Of a DNA stretch of 64,000 bases, positions 48,429 to 58,572 are shown one piece after another; positions within the stretch are counted from its first letter, which is position 1, and each line of letters begins with the position of its first letter. A program made the position numbers and the translations under genes. The stretch lies in the NCBI GenBank assembly GCA_965279375.1, contig OZ257156.1:1664001-1728000 (forward strand), read 5' to 3'. The notes under the pieces are model-generated. The model did no database searches and had not been told where the DNA came from. It saw nothing but the letters and a program-made list of their open reading frames with translations. The DNA is from Gemmatimonas sp. (GTDB lineage: Bacteria; Gemmatimonadota; Gemmatimonadetes; Gemmatimonadales; Gemmatimonadaceae).

Positions 48429-51305
48429 CTATCGGCGTACCGGCGGGACAAAGCGATCGACCACGCGAAGGAACTCGTCCACGTCGAGCGGCTTGGTGAG
48501 ATATGCGTTGGCGCCAAGCACACGCAGGCGCTCCACCGAGGTGGAGGTGGCGTCTGCACTGACGATGATGATCGGCACCTCGGCCAAACGAGCATCCGCG
48601 CGTAGTCGGCGAAGCACTTCGACGCCCGGAATGTCGGGCAAGTGCAGGTCGAGCAGGATGACATCGGGACGATGCTCGCGTGCGAGTTCGACGCCGAGCT
48701 GCCCCTGCAGGGCCGGCAACACGCGCCAACCCGGACGTGCCAGAAGAATCGTTTCGACGAGACTGAGATTGGCGAGGTTGTCTTCGATGTAGAGCAACGT
48801 GGCCTCGCGGTACGGCGCCGTGATCGCGGGAATGTGTGCACCACTTTCGAACACGCTGAGCGGACTCTCCACTGCTTCGAGATCGATGCGGAAGACACTG
48901 CCGTCGGTCGACGAGGCTTCGAGCGCAAGGGCACCGCCCATGGCCTCGCACAGGCGTCGTGAGAGCGCGAGTCCGAGACCCGTTCCTTCGACGTCGCTCT
49001 GCTCGGCGCCCAGGCGCGCGAACGGCGTGAAGAGTTCATCCAGACGATTGCTGGGCACACCGCGGCCCGTATCGACGACGCGGATGACGCATTCGCGCGA
49101 GCCGGTACGGCTGGCCTGCAAACGCACGCTGCCACCCGGCTGATTGTACTTGATCGCGTTGCTCAAAAGGTTGAGCAGCACCTGCACCAAACGATGCCGA
49201 TCGGCGTGCACGTAGCCATCACCCGGCCACGGGCCACCGTGCAGAGTTACGCCGTGCTGCTGCGCGAGTGGCCGCACGAGCCCCAGCGCCTCCTCGAGCA
49301 CCGATGCGAGCGCCACTGGTTCGAGCGAGAACTGCTCGCGTCCAGCTTCGATTCGCGAAATCTCTAGGACTTCGTTGATGAGATGCAGCAGGTGGCGACC
49401 GGCCTTGAGGATGTGCTGCACTGACTTGCCCTGCTGCGTCGTCACTTCGCCGCGCGCGAGAAGTTGGGCAAATCCCAGAATGCTGTTCATCGGCGTGCGC
49501 AGCTCATGACTCATGCGACTCAGGAACTCGCTCTTGGCGCGATTCGCACGCTCCGCTTCTTCCTTGGCGCGCGCCAGCGCTTCTTCCGCGGCGCGGCGTC
49601 CGGTAATGTCGCGACCGAACGCGATGACGCCTTCGGCGATGGTGCTGGGCGAGAGCGTGCGCCCGACGTTCTCCATGACCAGATAGCTGCCGTCTTTCCG
49701 ACGAATACGGAATGCAGACGTGATGGGTTCGCCAGGATGCTCGGCGAGCCAGCCTAGATCGGCCATGGTGTGTTCGACATCGTCTGGATGCAACAAGTCC
49801 ACGGGTCGAGTGCCGAGCATCTCTTCTGGCGTGTAGCCGAGCATTCGCATCGAGGACGGCGCCGCGTACGTGATCGCGCCCGTCGGATCGCAGATGAAGA
49901 CGAGATCCGCCGCGCTTTCGATGATCTGACGGAATCGCTCGTCGCGCTCGCGCAGCGCCTGCTCGGCTTCGACGAAGTCAGTGATGTCGCGACAGTTGGC
50001 CACCACGCCATCCGCGACGCTGTTCGGTGCGATGGTGCGCCCCACGCTTTCCAGCAGACGCCACCCGCCATTTTTGTGTCGCATGCGATAGCGCAGCTTC
50101 ACCGTCGTACCGGGCGCCTCGACGAGCGACGCAAACACGTCCAGCACGTGGGGCACATCGTCCGGATGTATCAGATCCGGCGGGCGAGTGCCTACGATCT
50201 CCTCGGGGCTCCAACCAAGCATGCGTTGCACCGACGAACTGACCGATGTCACCGCCGCCGTGGTGTCCACGATCATGATGTAGTCCTGCGAGTTCTCGAT
50301 GAGGCGTCGGAAATGCTCGTCGCTCTCGGCCAACGCAGCGCGGGCCGCGGCCTGTTCGGCGACCGCCTGCTCAAGCTGTGCGGTACGCTCCGTCACGCGT
50401 CGTTCGAGTTCCTCGTTGGCCTGACGCAGTGCCTGTTCGGCTCGCACGCGATCGTTGATGTCGCGCGCCGTGGCCAGAATGCGATCGACGCCATTGAGCG
50501 TCACGCGACGCAGCCGCACTTCACCCCAGATCACGCCGCCGCTCTTGTGCTTGCCGAGCCATTCGAAGCGCTGGGGAATGCCAGCGGCCGCGCCGGCGAT
50601 GAAGGGCAGGGCGTCTTCCACGCGATAGGGCGCGACGCCCGCGCTGATACCGGCCACGCCGAGTGCGATCTGCTCCTCGGCGGTGTAACCGTACATGTCC
50701 ACCGCGGCCTGATTCACCGCGAGGAAATCGCCGGTCTCGAGATCGTGCACCCACATGGCGTCGGAGGCGTGCTCGAAGATGGTGCGGTAGCTCGCCTCGC
50801 TCGCCCGCAACGCCTCGACGGTGTGGCGGCGCTCGGTGATGTCGAGTGATGTGCCGATCACCTTGGTGAGCCCACCGTCGCCGTCCGGCACCAGCATGCC
50901 ACGCGCCTGAAAGAGTCGTACCGTGCCGTCGGTTCGCCTCGCACGAAATTCCACCGTGACCGGTTCGTCGGCACGGAGGGCGGCCATACCCTCGTTGACG
51001 ATCGCCACATCGTCCGGGTGCATCACGTCCGTCATGAACGCGGTGTGCGACCTGGGAGCGCCGCCATCCGGAAAGCCGTGCATTCGCGTGAGCTCGCGGG
51101 ACCATCGGATGCGGTCGTGCGCGAGATCGATCTCCCAACTGCCGATCCCGGCCAGCTGCTCGATGAGTTCGAGATGACGCTCTCGCTCAGCGAACTCGCG
51201 GCGGGCATCGCGCAGCGCCTCGCGGAGCTGCGCCGTCGTCATCGTATCAGGATCGGCGCTCGAGGAGGCCTGGTCCGCAGAAGCTGGCGAAGAGGGTTGC
51301 TGCAT
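48429..51305 (-). CDS. Multi-PAS hybrid histidine kinase with C-terminal REC
   Basis: Four PAS/PAC-like repeats (HPDD, DIT), SHELRTPM, NAIKYN, GTGLGL, LYIEDN. Confidence 0.94.
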   Translation of the reverse strand: MQQPSSPASADQASSSADPDTMTTAQLREALRDARREFAERERHLELIEQLAGIGSWEIDLAHDRIRWSRELTRMHGFPDGGAPRSHTAFMTDVMHPDDVAIVNEGMAALRADEPVTVEFRARRTDGTVRLFQARGMLVPDGDGGLTKVIGTSLDITERRHTVEALRASEASYRTIFEHASDAMWVHDLETGDFLAVNQAAVDMYGYTAEEQIALGVAGISAGVAPYRVEDALPFIAGAAAGIPQRFEWLGKHKSGGVIWGEVRLRRVTLNGVDRILATARDINDRVRAEQALRQANEELERRVTERTAQLEQAVAEQAAARAALAESDEHFRRLIENSQDYIMIVDTTAAVTSVSSSVQRMLGWSPEEIVGTRPPDLIHPDDVPHVLDVFASLVEAPGTTVKLRYRMRHKNGGWRLLESVGRTIAPNSVADGVVANCRDITDFVEAEQALRERDERFRQIIESAADLVFICDPTGAITYAAPSSMRMLGYTPEEMLGTRPVDLLHPDDVEHTMADLGWLAEHPGEPITSAFRIRRKDGSYLVMENVGRTLSPSTIAEGVIAFGRDITGRRAAEEALARAKEEAERANRAKSEFLSRMSHELRTPMNSILGFAQLLARGEVTTQQGKSVQHILKAGRHLLHLINEVLEISRIEAGREQFSLEPVALASVLEEALGLVRPLAQQHGVTLHGGPWPGDGYVHADRHRLVQVLLNLLSNAIKYNQPGGSVRLQASRTGSRECVIRVVDTGRGVPSNRLDELFTPFARLGAEQSDVEGTGLGLALSRRLCEAMGGALALEASSTDGSVFRIDLEAVESPLSVFESGAHIPAITAPYREATLLYIEDNLANLSLVETILLARPGWRVLPALQGQLGVELAREHRPDVILLDLHLPDIPGVEVLRRLRADARLAEVPIIIVSADATSTSVERLRVLGANAYLTKPLDVDEFLRVVDRFVPPVRR

Positions 51306-51391
51306 GAAAGCCGGGGATGGTCTGGGCCGGGGGACGGGTGGTCGTCTGCCGATGGGCTATCAGGAATTTGCGCGCCCGGGCGGCAGGCGCG

Positions 51392-51416
51392 CCGGGTCGA
51401 ATGACCCGGGTGACCC
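51392..51416. promoter_or_regulatory. GGGTC-N4-GACCC dyad plus a TGACCC half-site in the divergent kinase/VOC intergenic region
   Basis: CCGGGTCGAATGACCCGG, then TGACCC at 51411-51416. Confidence 0.55.
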
Positions 51417-51472
51417 TGTTTCTACCCATTCGGTCCCGGGCACCGGCGCGCCGTCCGGTGCGTTGAAGAGCC

Positions 51473-51880
51473 ATGATTCGCTTTACTTCAACAGTTCCTG
51501 TCCTGCGTGTGGCCGATGTAGCACGCAGCGTTGCCTGGTACCGCGATGCACTGGGTTTCAGTGCGACCACCACGCCAGTCGATCCGCCGTTCGGTGCCGC
51601 GACGCTCTTACGCGACGACGCGGAGTTGGTGCTGCGGAAGGGGCGCATCGATCCTGCGCGATTCACTGGCCCGGATGACTGGGATGTGTACCTGCGGCTC
51701 ACGGGCAACGCGCTGACCGAGCTGTTGGATCACGCTCGTCGCTTGACGCCGCTGGTGCGCGGGCCCGAGGTGATGCCCAGCGGGTGGGTGGAGTTCGAGC
51801 TACAGGATCCGGACGGGCATCGGATCTGTATTGCGGAGCAGCTGGCGGATAGCCGCGCGTTCCCGCCGGCGGCGCGGTAG
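51473..51880 (+). CDS. VOC/glyoxalase-family protein
   Basis: PVLRVADVARSVAWYRDALGF; EFELQDPDGHRI. Confidence 0.88.
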   Translation: MIRFTSTVPVLRVADVARSVAWYRDALGFSATTTPVDPPFGAATLLRDDAELVLRKGRIDPARFTGPDDWDVYLRLTGNALTELLDHARRLTPLVRGPEVMPSGWVEFELQDPDGHRICIAEQLADSRAFPPAAR

Positions 51881-51908
51881 GGCAGCGCCACCGGTTTCCG
51901 CTGACGCC

Positions 51909-52194
51909 GTTCGCGGTTCCGTGACCGGCAACGAAGTTCGCTCCACTGATCTCCGACCACCCACCACTCGGTACTCGGCACCGGGTGGTTGGGATCTTCT
52001 CCATCGAGAGGGCGCCGCCCGGGAGGTTCACGGTGAGCCCTTCGCATGCCGAGCAATCGGTCGCGGGCACTCTCATCACCCGGAACCGCGGTATCATGGC
52101 AGCCCGGTGTCGAGTTGCGGGTGGTGAGTTGTGAGTGGAGCGAACTGCGTTGTCGGTTGGCGAACTGCAAACGCCGTGACCGGTCACCGCGAAC
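51909..52194. repeat. ~290-bp multi-segment inverted repeat between convergent genes
   Basis: Arms 51909-51917/52186-52194, 51924-51947/52134-52157 and 51973-51985/52103-52115. Confidence 0.85.
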
Positions 52195-52197
52195 TCG

Positions 52198-53424
52198 CTA
52201 CTTCCTGCAGCTCCGCAGCACTGCCAAGGCATTCGCCACCGGACGCTCGCCCGCGCCATCCGACGGGTGCGTCACCGTGCGCACCCCGCGCGGCGCCTTC
52301 GCATCCGTTACCACCATCGCCGAGGAGCCACCACCGTCGAGATTCACGGCGTTTGTGGCGCCGATCGCGCGAAAGAGCTCGGCGGTTTGCCGGAGTGACA
52401 TGCCCATGCTGTACTTGGGCTGCCGCCCGTCGATGACGGCAATGAAGATGCGACGGCCGCCATCGCCGTAGCCGACGGCTGTGCGCGGGTTGAGACCGCG
52501 AAACGCAGCATTGTTCACCGAATCGACGGCGCCTACGATCGCGCTGTCACGCAGCAACACCGGCTGTGCGCCGACTGACTGCACCGGTGTGATCGGCATC
52601 AACTCGCGTGAAAGACTGATCGTGTCGCCGAGTACGATGGCACTGTTCTTCGGCAGATTCACGACGAGGAGTGTGTCCCCACGGGCGATGGCAGTGGGCC
52701 CGCGAAGCGGCTTGAGCACAAAGCGTTGCGTACGCGTGGCGGGGGCCGCAACGGGCTCCAGCACCAGCGTGCGGCGAATGAGTGATGAATCGATCGGAAC
52801 GCCCCACGCCGCATCGACCACGCCGACGCGATTGGCGGTGGGACGGTTCCACGTGTCGACGTTTACAATGTCCGCGGTGGTGCCGCGCGGTGTGCGCATC
52901 TGCGCCTTCACGCTGAGCGCGCCAATCCATGGTCTGCCGTCATCTGTCACGGCAAACACCGGACGGTCGATTGGCCCGGAGATCAGCGCGCCGTTCTCGA
53001 TGTGCGCCCCGACCGGTACGCCAGGTGGCGCGAAGAGAAAGAAGTCCGCGTTCACTGCCGCGATTGGCTTGAGCGCGGGACTCATACCCGCGAGCAATGT
53101 GCTCGTGGTGCTGCGCCCCACAGCGACGGGCCCGCCCTTCACTGCCTGCAGCGATACGCACGCCGTGCGGTCCACTTCCAGTACGGCCGCGCGCCATGGC
53201 TCCGCGTTGTGCACCAGGCGATGCAGCGTCACACCCGGCGCGAGTGCTTCGCTCGTGACCGTTTCGGCGATCGTGCGTGCCAAGCGCGGCACCGACGACG
53301 CGCGCGACGAACGAAACGGCAACACGCCACATGCGCTGAGCATCGGCAACACCAACAGCGCGGCAGCAAGGCCTGCACGCGTGCTGTGCGGTACGCGCTG
53401 CTGCAAGTGCTTGAGCGATTGCAC
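52198..53424 (-). CDS. Phosphodiester glycosidase (NAGPA-like) lipoprotein
   Basis: LSAC lipobox; AAVNADFF; NPRTAVG; IDGRQ; NLDGGGSS; ERPVANAL. Start approximate. Confidence 0.88.
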   Translation of the reverse strand: MQSLKHLQQRVPHSTRAGLAAALLVLPMLSACGVLPFRSSRASSVPRLARTIAETVTSEALAPGVTLHRLVHNAEPWRAAVLEVDRTACVSLQAVKGGPVAVGRSTTSTLLAGMSPALKPIAAVNADFFLFAPPGVPVGAHIENGALISGPIDRPVFAVTDDGRPWIGALSVKAQMRTPRGTTADIVNVDTWNRPTANRVGVVDAAWGVPIDSSLIRRTLVLEPVAAPATRTQRFVLKPLRGPTAIARGDTLLVVNLPKNSAIVLGDTISLSRELMPITPVQSVGAQPVLLRDSAIVGAVDSVNNAAFRGLNPRTAVGYGDGGRRIFIAVIDGRQPKYSMGMSLRQTAELFRAIGATNAVNLDGGGSSAMVVTDAKAPRGVRTVTHPSDGAGERPVANALAVLRSCRK

Positions 53425-53426
53425 GG

Positions 53427-54974
53427 CTACCAATCCGCCGGAACGTAGTCCTTGAGGAAGTTGCCCCACATGTGCTCGCCCGAGTTCACGCCGGCGATGA
53501 TCGGATCGACGATGCGCGCCGCGCCGTCCACGATATCGAGCGGTGGATGGAAGCGATGCTCTGCCACCTTGCGCGCGGCAATCTCCGCCGGATCCTCGTC
53601 CGTCACCCAGCCCGTGTCGACCGCATTCATGTGAATGCCGTCGTTGATGTAGTCGGCGGCGGCCGTGCGCGTCATCATGTTGAGCGCGGCCTTGGCCATG
53701 TTGGTGTGCGGATGGCGTGTCGTCTTGAACTTGCGATAGAACTGACCTTCCACCGCCGACACGTTGACGATGTGCTTGTCCTTGTTCGCCGTGCGCATCA
53801 TCAATGGCTTGAGACGCGCGTTGATGAGGAACGGCGCGATCGCATTCACGAGATGCACTTCCAGCAGCTCCACCGACGGCACTTCGGCCATCAGCATGCG
53901 CCATGAGTTGCGATCGCGCAGGTCGATCTGCTGCAGGTCCTGATCGAGACGGCCCTCGGGGAAGAGTGCCTTCTGTGCGGCAATCTCCTCAGGCAACAGC
54001 CGCACCTGCGACAGTTCGGCGGCGTGCGTGAGGCCAGCCACTTCGGCCAGCTTCGGCGGCGACACGGCGAGCGCCGCGCGATCACTCGCGTCCACGTTCG
54101 ATCCTTCCGGCAGCATGCTGTAGCCGCGCAGCCCTTCGTACGCGCCGATCAACTTGCGCGTATCCTCGGGCATCGCGTGCAACGGCATCGTCTCGCCTTC
54201 CATCATGTGCGCGTAGAAATCAGGCGGACGACGCACCGTCTGACACGCGTTGTTCACAATGAAGTCGAGCCGTTCGCGCGTGTTCAGCAGATGCGTGCAG
54301 AACGCTTCCACGCTTGGCGTATGGCGCAGGTCGAGCCCGAAGATCTCGAGCCGGTGGCCCCATTCAGCAAAGTCCGGCTCCGCCGCATAGCGCGCCGCCG
54401 AGTCGCGCGGGAAGCGCGTGGTGACGATGAGCGAGGCACCGCAGCGGAGCAGCTTGATGCCCGCCTGATAGCCGATCTTGACGCGGCCGCCGGTGAGCAG
54501 CGCCACACGACCAGCCAGATCCGCCAGCTCCGACCGCTTTCGGTAGTTAAACTCGGCGCACGTCGGGCAGAGCTGATCGTAGAAGTGATGGATCTGCGCG
54601 TAGTTCTGCTTGCAGACGTAGCAGTTCTGCGGCTCGAGCGCTTCGCGGAATTCCGGATCGCTGTCGACGTCGTGCTGTTCGAAGTCCTGCGGCGGGAAGA
54701 TGTTGGGCGTCGTGAAGATCGTCTGTAGACGCAGTTTCCGAATGCCCGTTTCCGAGAGCACGGACTCTTCGCGCTTGACCTTGTTGGCCTTGCGGTGCCG
54801 CTTGGTTTCCTTGACCAGCTGGCGACGCTTGATCGCGTCCGGGCGCGAGACTTCGCCGGCTGCTTGCAGCAGCCGGTTGCGCTCTGCTTCCGGAACACCC
54901 GCGAGCAGCGCTCGATCGTTGATGATGGACTCGAGCAGTTCTGCGGCGTCGCGCAGGCGGTCAGAAATCGACAT
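53427..54974 (-). CDS. Atypical SDR oxidoreductase with N-terminal Cys4 region
   Basis: CYVC...CPTC; LTGGRVKIG; NNACQT; HPHTNMAK; VDTGW. Confidence 0.88.
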   Translation of the reverse strand: MSISDRLRDAAELLESIINDRALLAGVPEAERNRLLQAAGEVSRPDAIKRRQLVKETKRHRKANKVKREESVLSETGIRKLRLQTIFTTPNIFPPQDFEQHDVDSDPEFREALEPQNCYVCKQNYAQIHHFYDQLCPTCAEFNYRKRSELADLAGRVALLTGGRVKIGYQAGIKLLRCGASLIVTTRFPRDSAARYAAEPDFAEWGHRLEIFGLDLRHTPSVEAFCTHLLNTRERLDFIVNNACQTVRRPPDFYAHMMEGETMPLHAMPEDTRKLIGAYEGLRGYSMLPEGSNVDASDRAALAVSPPKLAEVAGLTHAAELSQVRLLPEEIAAQKALFPEGRLDQDLQQIDLRDRNSWRMLMAEVPSVELLEVHLVNAIAPFLINARLKPLMMRTANKDKHIVNVSAVEGQFYRKFKTTRHPHTNMAKAALNMMTRTAAADYINDGIHMNAVDTGWVTDEDPAEIAARKVAEHRFHPPLDIVDGAARIVDPIIAGVNSGEHMWGNFLKDYVPADW

Positions 54975-55021
54975 GACGGTGATGACGTGCTGGAAGACGA
55001 AGAATGATGCGGGCGATGCGA

Positions 55022-56266
55022 CTACTTGCGGAGCGTCGCGCCGGTGAGGCGACCGATGGCGCCAAGAGTAGTCTGCGCGGCGTTGAGGCCGAGCTTGAAA
55101 TCCTTGTCGCTGTAGGTCGAGAAAACGTCGGTGGGCTGATGCCACTGCGGATCCCAACCGTTGCCGATCTGCGTGCCGCGCTCGTTCTCGCGCAGGCTGA
55201 TCGCCGGGATGATGTCCATGAACGGACCGGAGTCCGTGTTCGTCATGAACGGACTGACGACGGCCGGATAATCAGTGGCGTACTTCTGATTGGCGGCATG
55301 AAACGCCCACGCGAGCGTCTGCGCGCCGGCCGCCTGCTTGGCCGTGGTCTGGAATTCGATGTTCACGTCGGCTTCAGGACGCTGTTCCTTGCGCATCGTG
55401 CCGTCGACGTTGGGCGCACCATGATCGAACATCATCATGTCGTGCTGCACCATCCCCAACCACTTGGGCTCGGGATACTTCTTGGAGCCAACGGGCGACT
55501 CCTTCCCCTGCAGCGCTTCACGCTGTGCGACGTAGGCGCGCGCGCCATCGAGGCCGCTCTCTTCGTTGTTCCAGAGGGCGAAGCGAATGCTGCGTTCGGT
55601 CTGTACGTCGGGGCTGCTGAAGATGCGCGCGAGCTCCATCACGATCGCCGTGCCCGATGCGTCGTCATTGACCGCTTCGCCCCAGCCGATGCCGTCCATG
55701 TGCCCACCGACGATGTACATCTCTTCGGGGTGCGTCGTACCAACCTTCGTGCAGAACACTTCCTGCCGCTGTCCTGGTGACGTCGGCTCGGCGTTGAGCG
55801 CGCGCAAACGCGCGTCGGGCTGGAGCAGTGAGTCGTTGTTGACGCCGGTGCGTGCGCGCACGCCACGCGGGCGACCACCACCCTGCGCGACGAGCGGCGC
55901 CGCGCCGCGACCACCCGCTGGCGCGCCGGCCGGAGCACCGGCCGGACGCGGAGCCGGCGGGCGGGGCTGCCAATCGTAGGTGATGCGTTCCGTGTTGGTG
56001 CAGCCATAGCTCTTGAGCTGCGCCTCGATCCAGTCGACGGCATCGCGGTTGCGCTTGGTGCCCTGCCGGCGGTCGCCAAAGGCGGCGAGCCCCTTGATCG
56101 TCGCCTTGTACTTCTCCAGGTCGAGGCGCCCGACCATATCCGCGATTGGATCAGGTGCCGTGTCGCGTGGTGCCGCGGGAGCCTGCGCGTTCAGCGAAGA
56201 CGCCGCGAGCAGGGCGAAAGCGAACGGCGCAAAGGCGCCGGCACGGGGCAGCGAAACGAGAGCCAT
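55022..56266 (-). CDS. Secreted M28 peptidase
   Basis: Signal peptide; GGHMD; NDDASG; NEESGL; TDS; WHQPTD. Confidence 0.9.
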   Translation of the reverse strand: MALVSLPRAGAFAPFAFALLAASSLNAQAPAAPRDTAPDPIADMVGRLDLEKYKATIKGLAAFGDRRQGTKRNRDAVDWIEAQLKSYGCTNTERITYDWQPRPPAPRPAGAPAGAPAGGRGAAPLVAQGGGRPRGVRARTGVNNDSLLQPDARLRALNAEPTSPGQRQEVFCTKVGTTHPEEMYIVGGHMDGIGWGEAVNDDASGTAIVMELARIFSSPDVQTERSIRFALWNNEESGLDGARAYVAQREALQGKESPVGSKKYPEPKWLGMVQHDMMMFDHGAPNVDGTMRKEQRPEADVNIEFQTTAKQAAGAQTLAWAFHAANQKYATDYPAVVSPFMTNTDSGPFMDIIPAISLRENERGTQIGNGWDPQWHQPTDVFSTYSDKDFKLGLNAAQTTLGAIGRLTGATLRK

Positions 56267-56370
56267 GGCAAGTCGCGGTGAAGGGAGAGGACCGGTCGGC
56301 GATGGGGCGTCCTGAAGCAGGCGCACCGCCAGCCGTGGAGAATAACGTCCTCGCCCCTCCCCTCGCTCGC

Positions 56371-57570
56371 TTACCGCATCTTCGTCGCGACGATCGGATC
56401 GTCCTCGCCGCGTGTCCACGCCAAAGTCGGCCACCACCGATTGATCGCGGACGGCAGGGAGGGCTCCACCCGCTCGCCCGGGCGCGGCGTCAGCACCGTC
56501 ACACCGGCGGCCGAGCTCGCAACGAGGGCGCGCTCGATCGGCTCCGTCCAGCCGTGGTAGGCCAGCGCAAAGAGTCCCCAGTGCACTGGCAGCAGCACCT
56601 TCCCGCGGACCATGGCATGTGCCCGTACCGCCTGCTCGGGGCCCAGATGCCAGTCGGGCCAGCCCTGCCCGTATTGTCCCACCTCGATCATTGTGAGGTC
56701 GAAGGGCCCGAGCCGTTCGCCGATGTCGCGCAACGCCGGAAAGAGCCCCGTATCTCCGGAGTACCAGACGCGGTGATTCGCCGAGATGAGGGCGAATCCG
56801 GCCCAGAGCTTGGCATCGTTGTCGAACAGGATGCGCCCGGAGGCGTGACGCGCCGGAGTCGCTACCACCTCGATCGATGCAGCGCCTGAACGCACCGTGG
56901 TGCGCTGCCACCAGTCCAGTTCCACGATCCGCGAGGCCGGAATGCCCCATGATTCCAGATGCGCGCCGATGCCGAGCGGCACGATGAAGACGTTCTTCCA
57001 CTCCCGCATGGCGCGGATGGTGCCGTAGTCGAGATGATCGTAGTGGTCGTGCGAGATGATCACCGCGTCGATCGCGGGCAGGTCGTTGAGCGCGATCAGT
57101 GGCTGGTTCCAGCGCCGTGGCCCCACCAAGCGCGTGGGCGACGACCGTTCGCTCCAGATGGGATCGGTCAGGATGCGAACGCCGTCGATCTCGACCAGCG
57201 CGCTGGAATGCCCGAACCAGGTGGCGCGAAGTCCACTCACTGGCGGCGACGCGTATGACGCGGCGGAGATGAGCGCTGTCGGCAATGGTTCGCGCGGTGA
57301 GACCACCGGGCTCACGTGCAGCAGGCCGCGCAGGCTCACCCAGAAATCGTTCGCCAAGGGCTGCGGATTCACGAAGCGCTTGCCACGCCACTCCGGCGAG
57401 ACCGACATCCGCTGCAGTCGAGCTCCCGTGGCCGCGCGTCCGAAATCCGCCCATCCGTCCACGATGAGCACACTGGACGCCACCGCAATTGCCGTCGAGA
57501 CCCCTCCAATAAGCCAGCGCAGCGTGCGTCGCAGTGCCGACCCAGATCGCCGTGGCTTCACTTTGCGCAA
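56371..57570 (-). CDS. MBL-fold hydrolase (NAPE-PLD/RomA-like), N-terminal TM
   Basis: TWFGHS, TDPIWSER, SHDHYDHLD, SGDTG, PVHWG. Confidence 0.9.
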   Translation of the reverse strand: MRKVKPRRSGSALRRTLRWLIGGVSTAIAVASSVLIVDGWADFGRAATGARLQRMSVSPEWRGKRFVNPQPLANDFWVSLRGLLHVSPVVSPREPLPTALISAASYASPPVSGLRATWFGHSSALVEIDGVRILTDPIWSERSSPTRLVGPRRWNQPLIALNDLPAIDAVIISHDHYDHLDYGTIRAMREWKNVFIVPLGIGAHLESWGIPASRIVELDWWQRTTVRSGAASIEVVATPARHASGRILFDNDAKLWAGFALISANHRVWYSGDTGLFPALRDIGERLGPFDLTMIEVGQYGQGWPDWHLGPEQAVRAHAMVRGKVLLPVHWGLFALAYHGWTEPIERALVASSAAGVTVLTPRPGERVEPSLPSAINRWWPTLAWTRGEDDPIVATKMR

Positions 57571-57635
57571 TAGCTATTGAAGTTCATCAAGGATGTCATG
57601 CTCGACAGGAACATACACGACAGCAAGCTTCGTCC

Positions 57636-58167
57636 ATGTACATGGTCATCTTCGGCGTCTCAGGCATGGTAGGGCAAGGGGTGCTGCTTCTGTCTCGGTG
57701 TGTCGGCGGCGGGAATGACGGAGGACGCGTACCGCGAGGTGACGTTCGATTTGACACTTTCCGTCGCCCAAACGTTGGTGCAGCGAAATCCGGCGATGAC
57801 GTTCATCTACGTCTCGGGTGCCGGTACCGACAGCTCGGAACGCGGACGCACGATGTGGGCGCGGGTGAAAGGGCGCACAGAGAATGCGTTGTTGGCGTTG
57901 CCTTTCAAGGCCGCCTACATGTTTCGTCCGGGATTCATCCAGCCACTGGATGGCATCACCTCCCGGACGCCGCTCTATCGTGCCATCTACGCAGTGGTCG
58001 GCCCATTGTATCCGCTGCTGCGCGCGCTCGTGCCGCAGTTCGTCACGACGACTACCACGGTCGGGCGCGCCATGCTGCAGGTGATTCGCAGCGGGGCCAC
58101 CACGCCCCTCATCGAGCAGCGGCAGATCAACGAGCTCGGCGCGCTCTACGAACGCGAGCACAGCTAG
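57636..58167 (+). pseudogene. NAD(P)-binding epimerase/TIP30-like gene with internal deletion and frameshift
   Basis: MVIFGVSGMVGQGVL is joined out of frame at ~57687 to FCLGVSAAGM...FIYVSGAGTDS...WARVKG. Confidence 0.82.
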
Positions 58168-58236
58168 CGTCCACAGCGAGCGCCGCCGCTCGCGCTCGTC
58201 TTGCGCCTCGGGTATTTGTTCTACAAAATAGTAATA

Positions 58237-58572
58237 ATGACGTCGCCCAGGATCGGCTCCCTCGAACTCGCCACGCTGCTCGCAGTCGCTCGACTCGGCG
58301 ATGATGCGTACGGGCTCGCCGTGCGCGCCGACCTGGGAGCGCGGACGGGGCGCGGTCACTCCGTCGGTGCCGTGTACACGACGCTCCAACGACTCGAAGA
58401 CAAGGGACTGCTGACGTCGAGCGCGAGCGACCCATTGCCGATCCGCGGTGGTCGTTCGCGTCGGCACTTCACCGTGACCGGCGCGGGAGCGAAGGCGCTG
58501 CGGGAAGCAGAGCGCAGCTCGGCGGCGCTCTGGAGCGGCTTCGGCACGCCACATCGTCCGGGGTTCGCCTGA
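58237..58572 (+). CDS. PadR-family transcriptional regulator
   Basis: AYGLAV, GAVYTTLQRLEDKGL, RGGRSRRHFTVTGAG. Confidence 0.92.
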   Translation: MTSPRIGSLELATLLAVARLGDDAYGLAVRADLGARTGRGHSVGAVYTTLQRLEDKGLLTSSASDPLPIRGGRSRRHFTVTGAGAKALREAERSSAALWSGFGTPHRPGFA

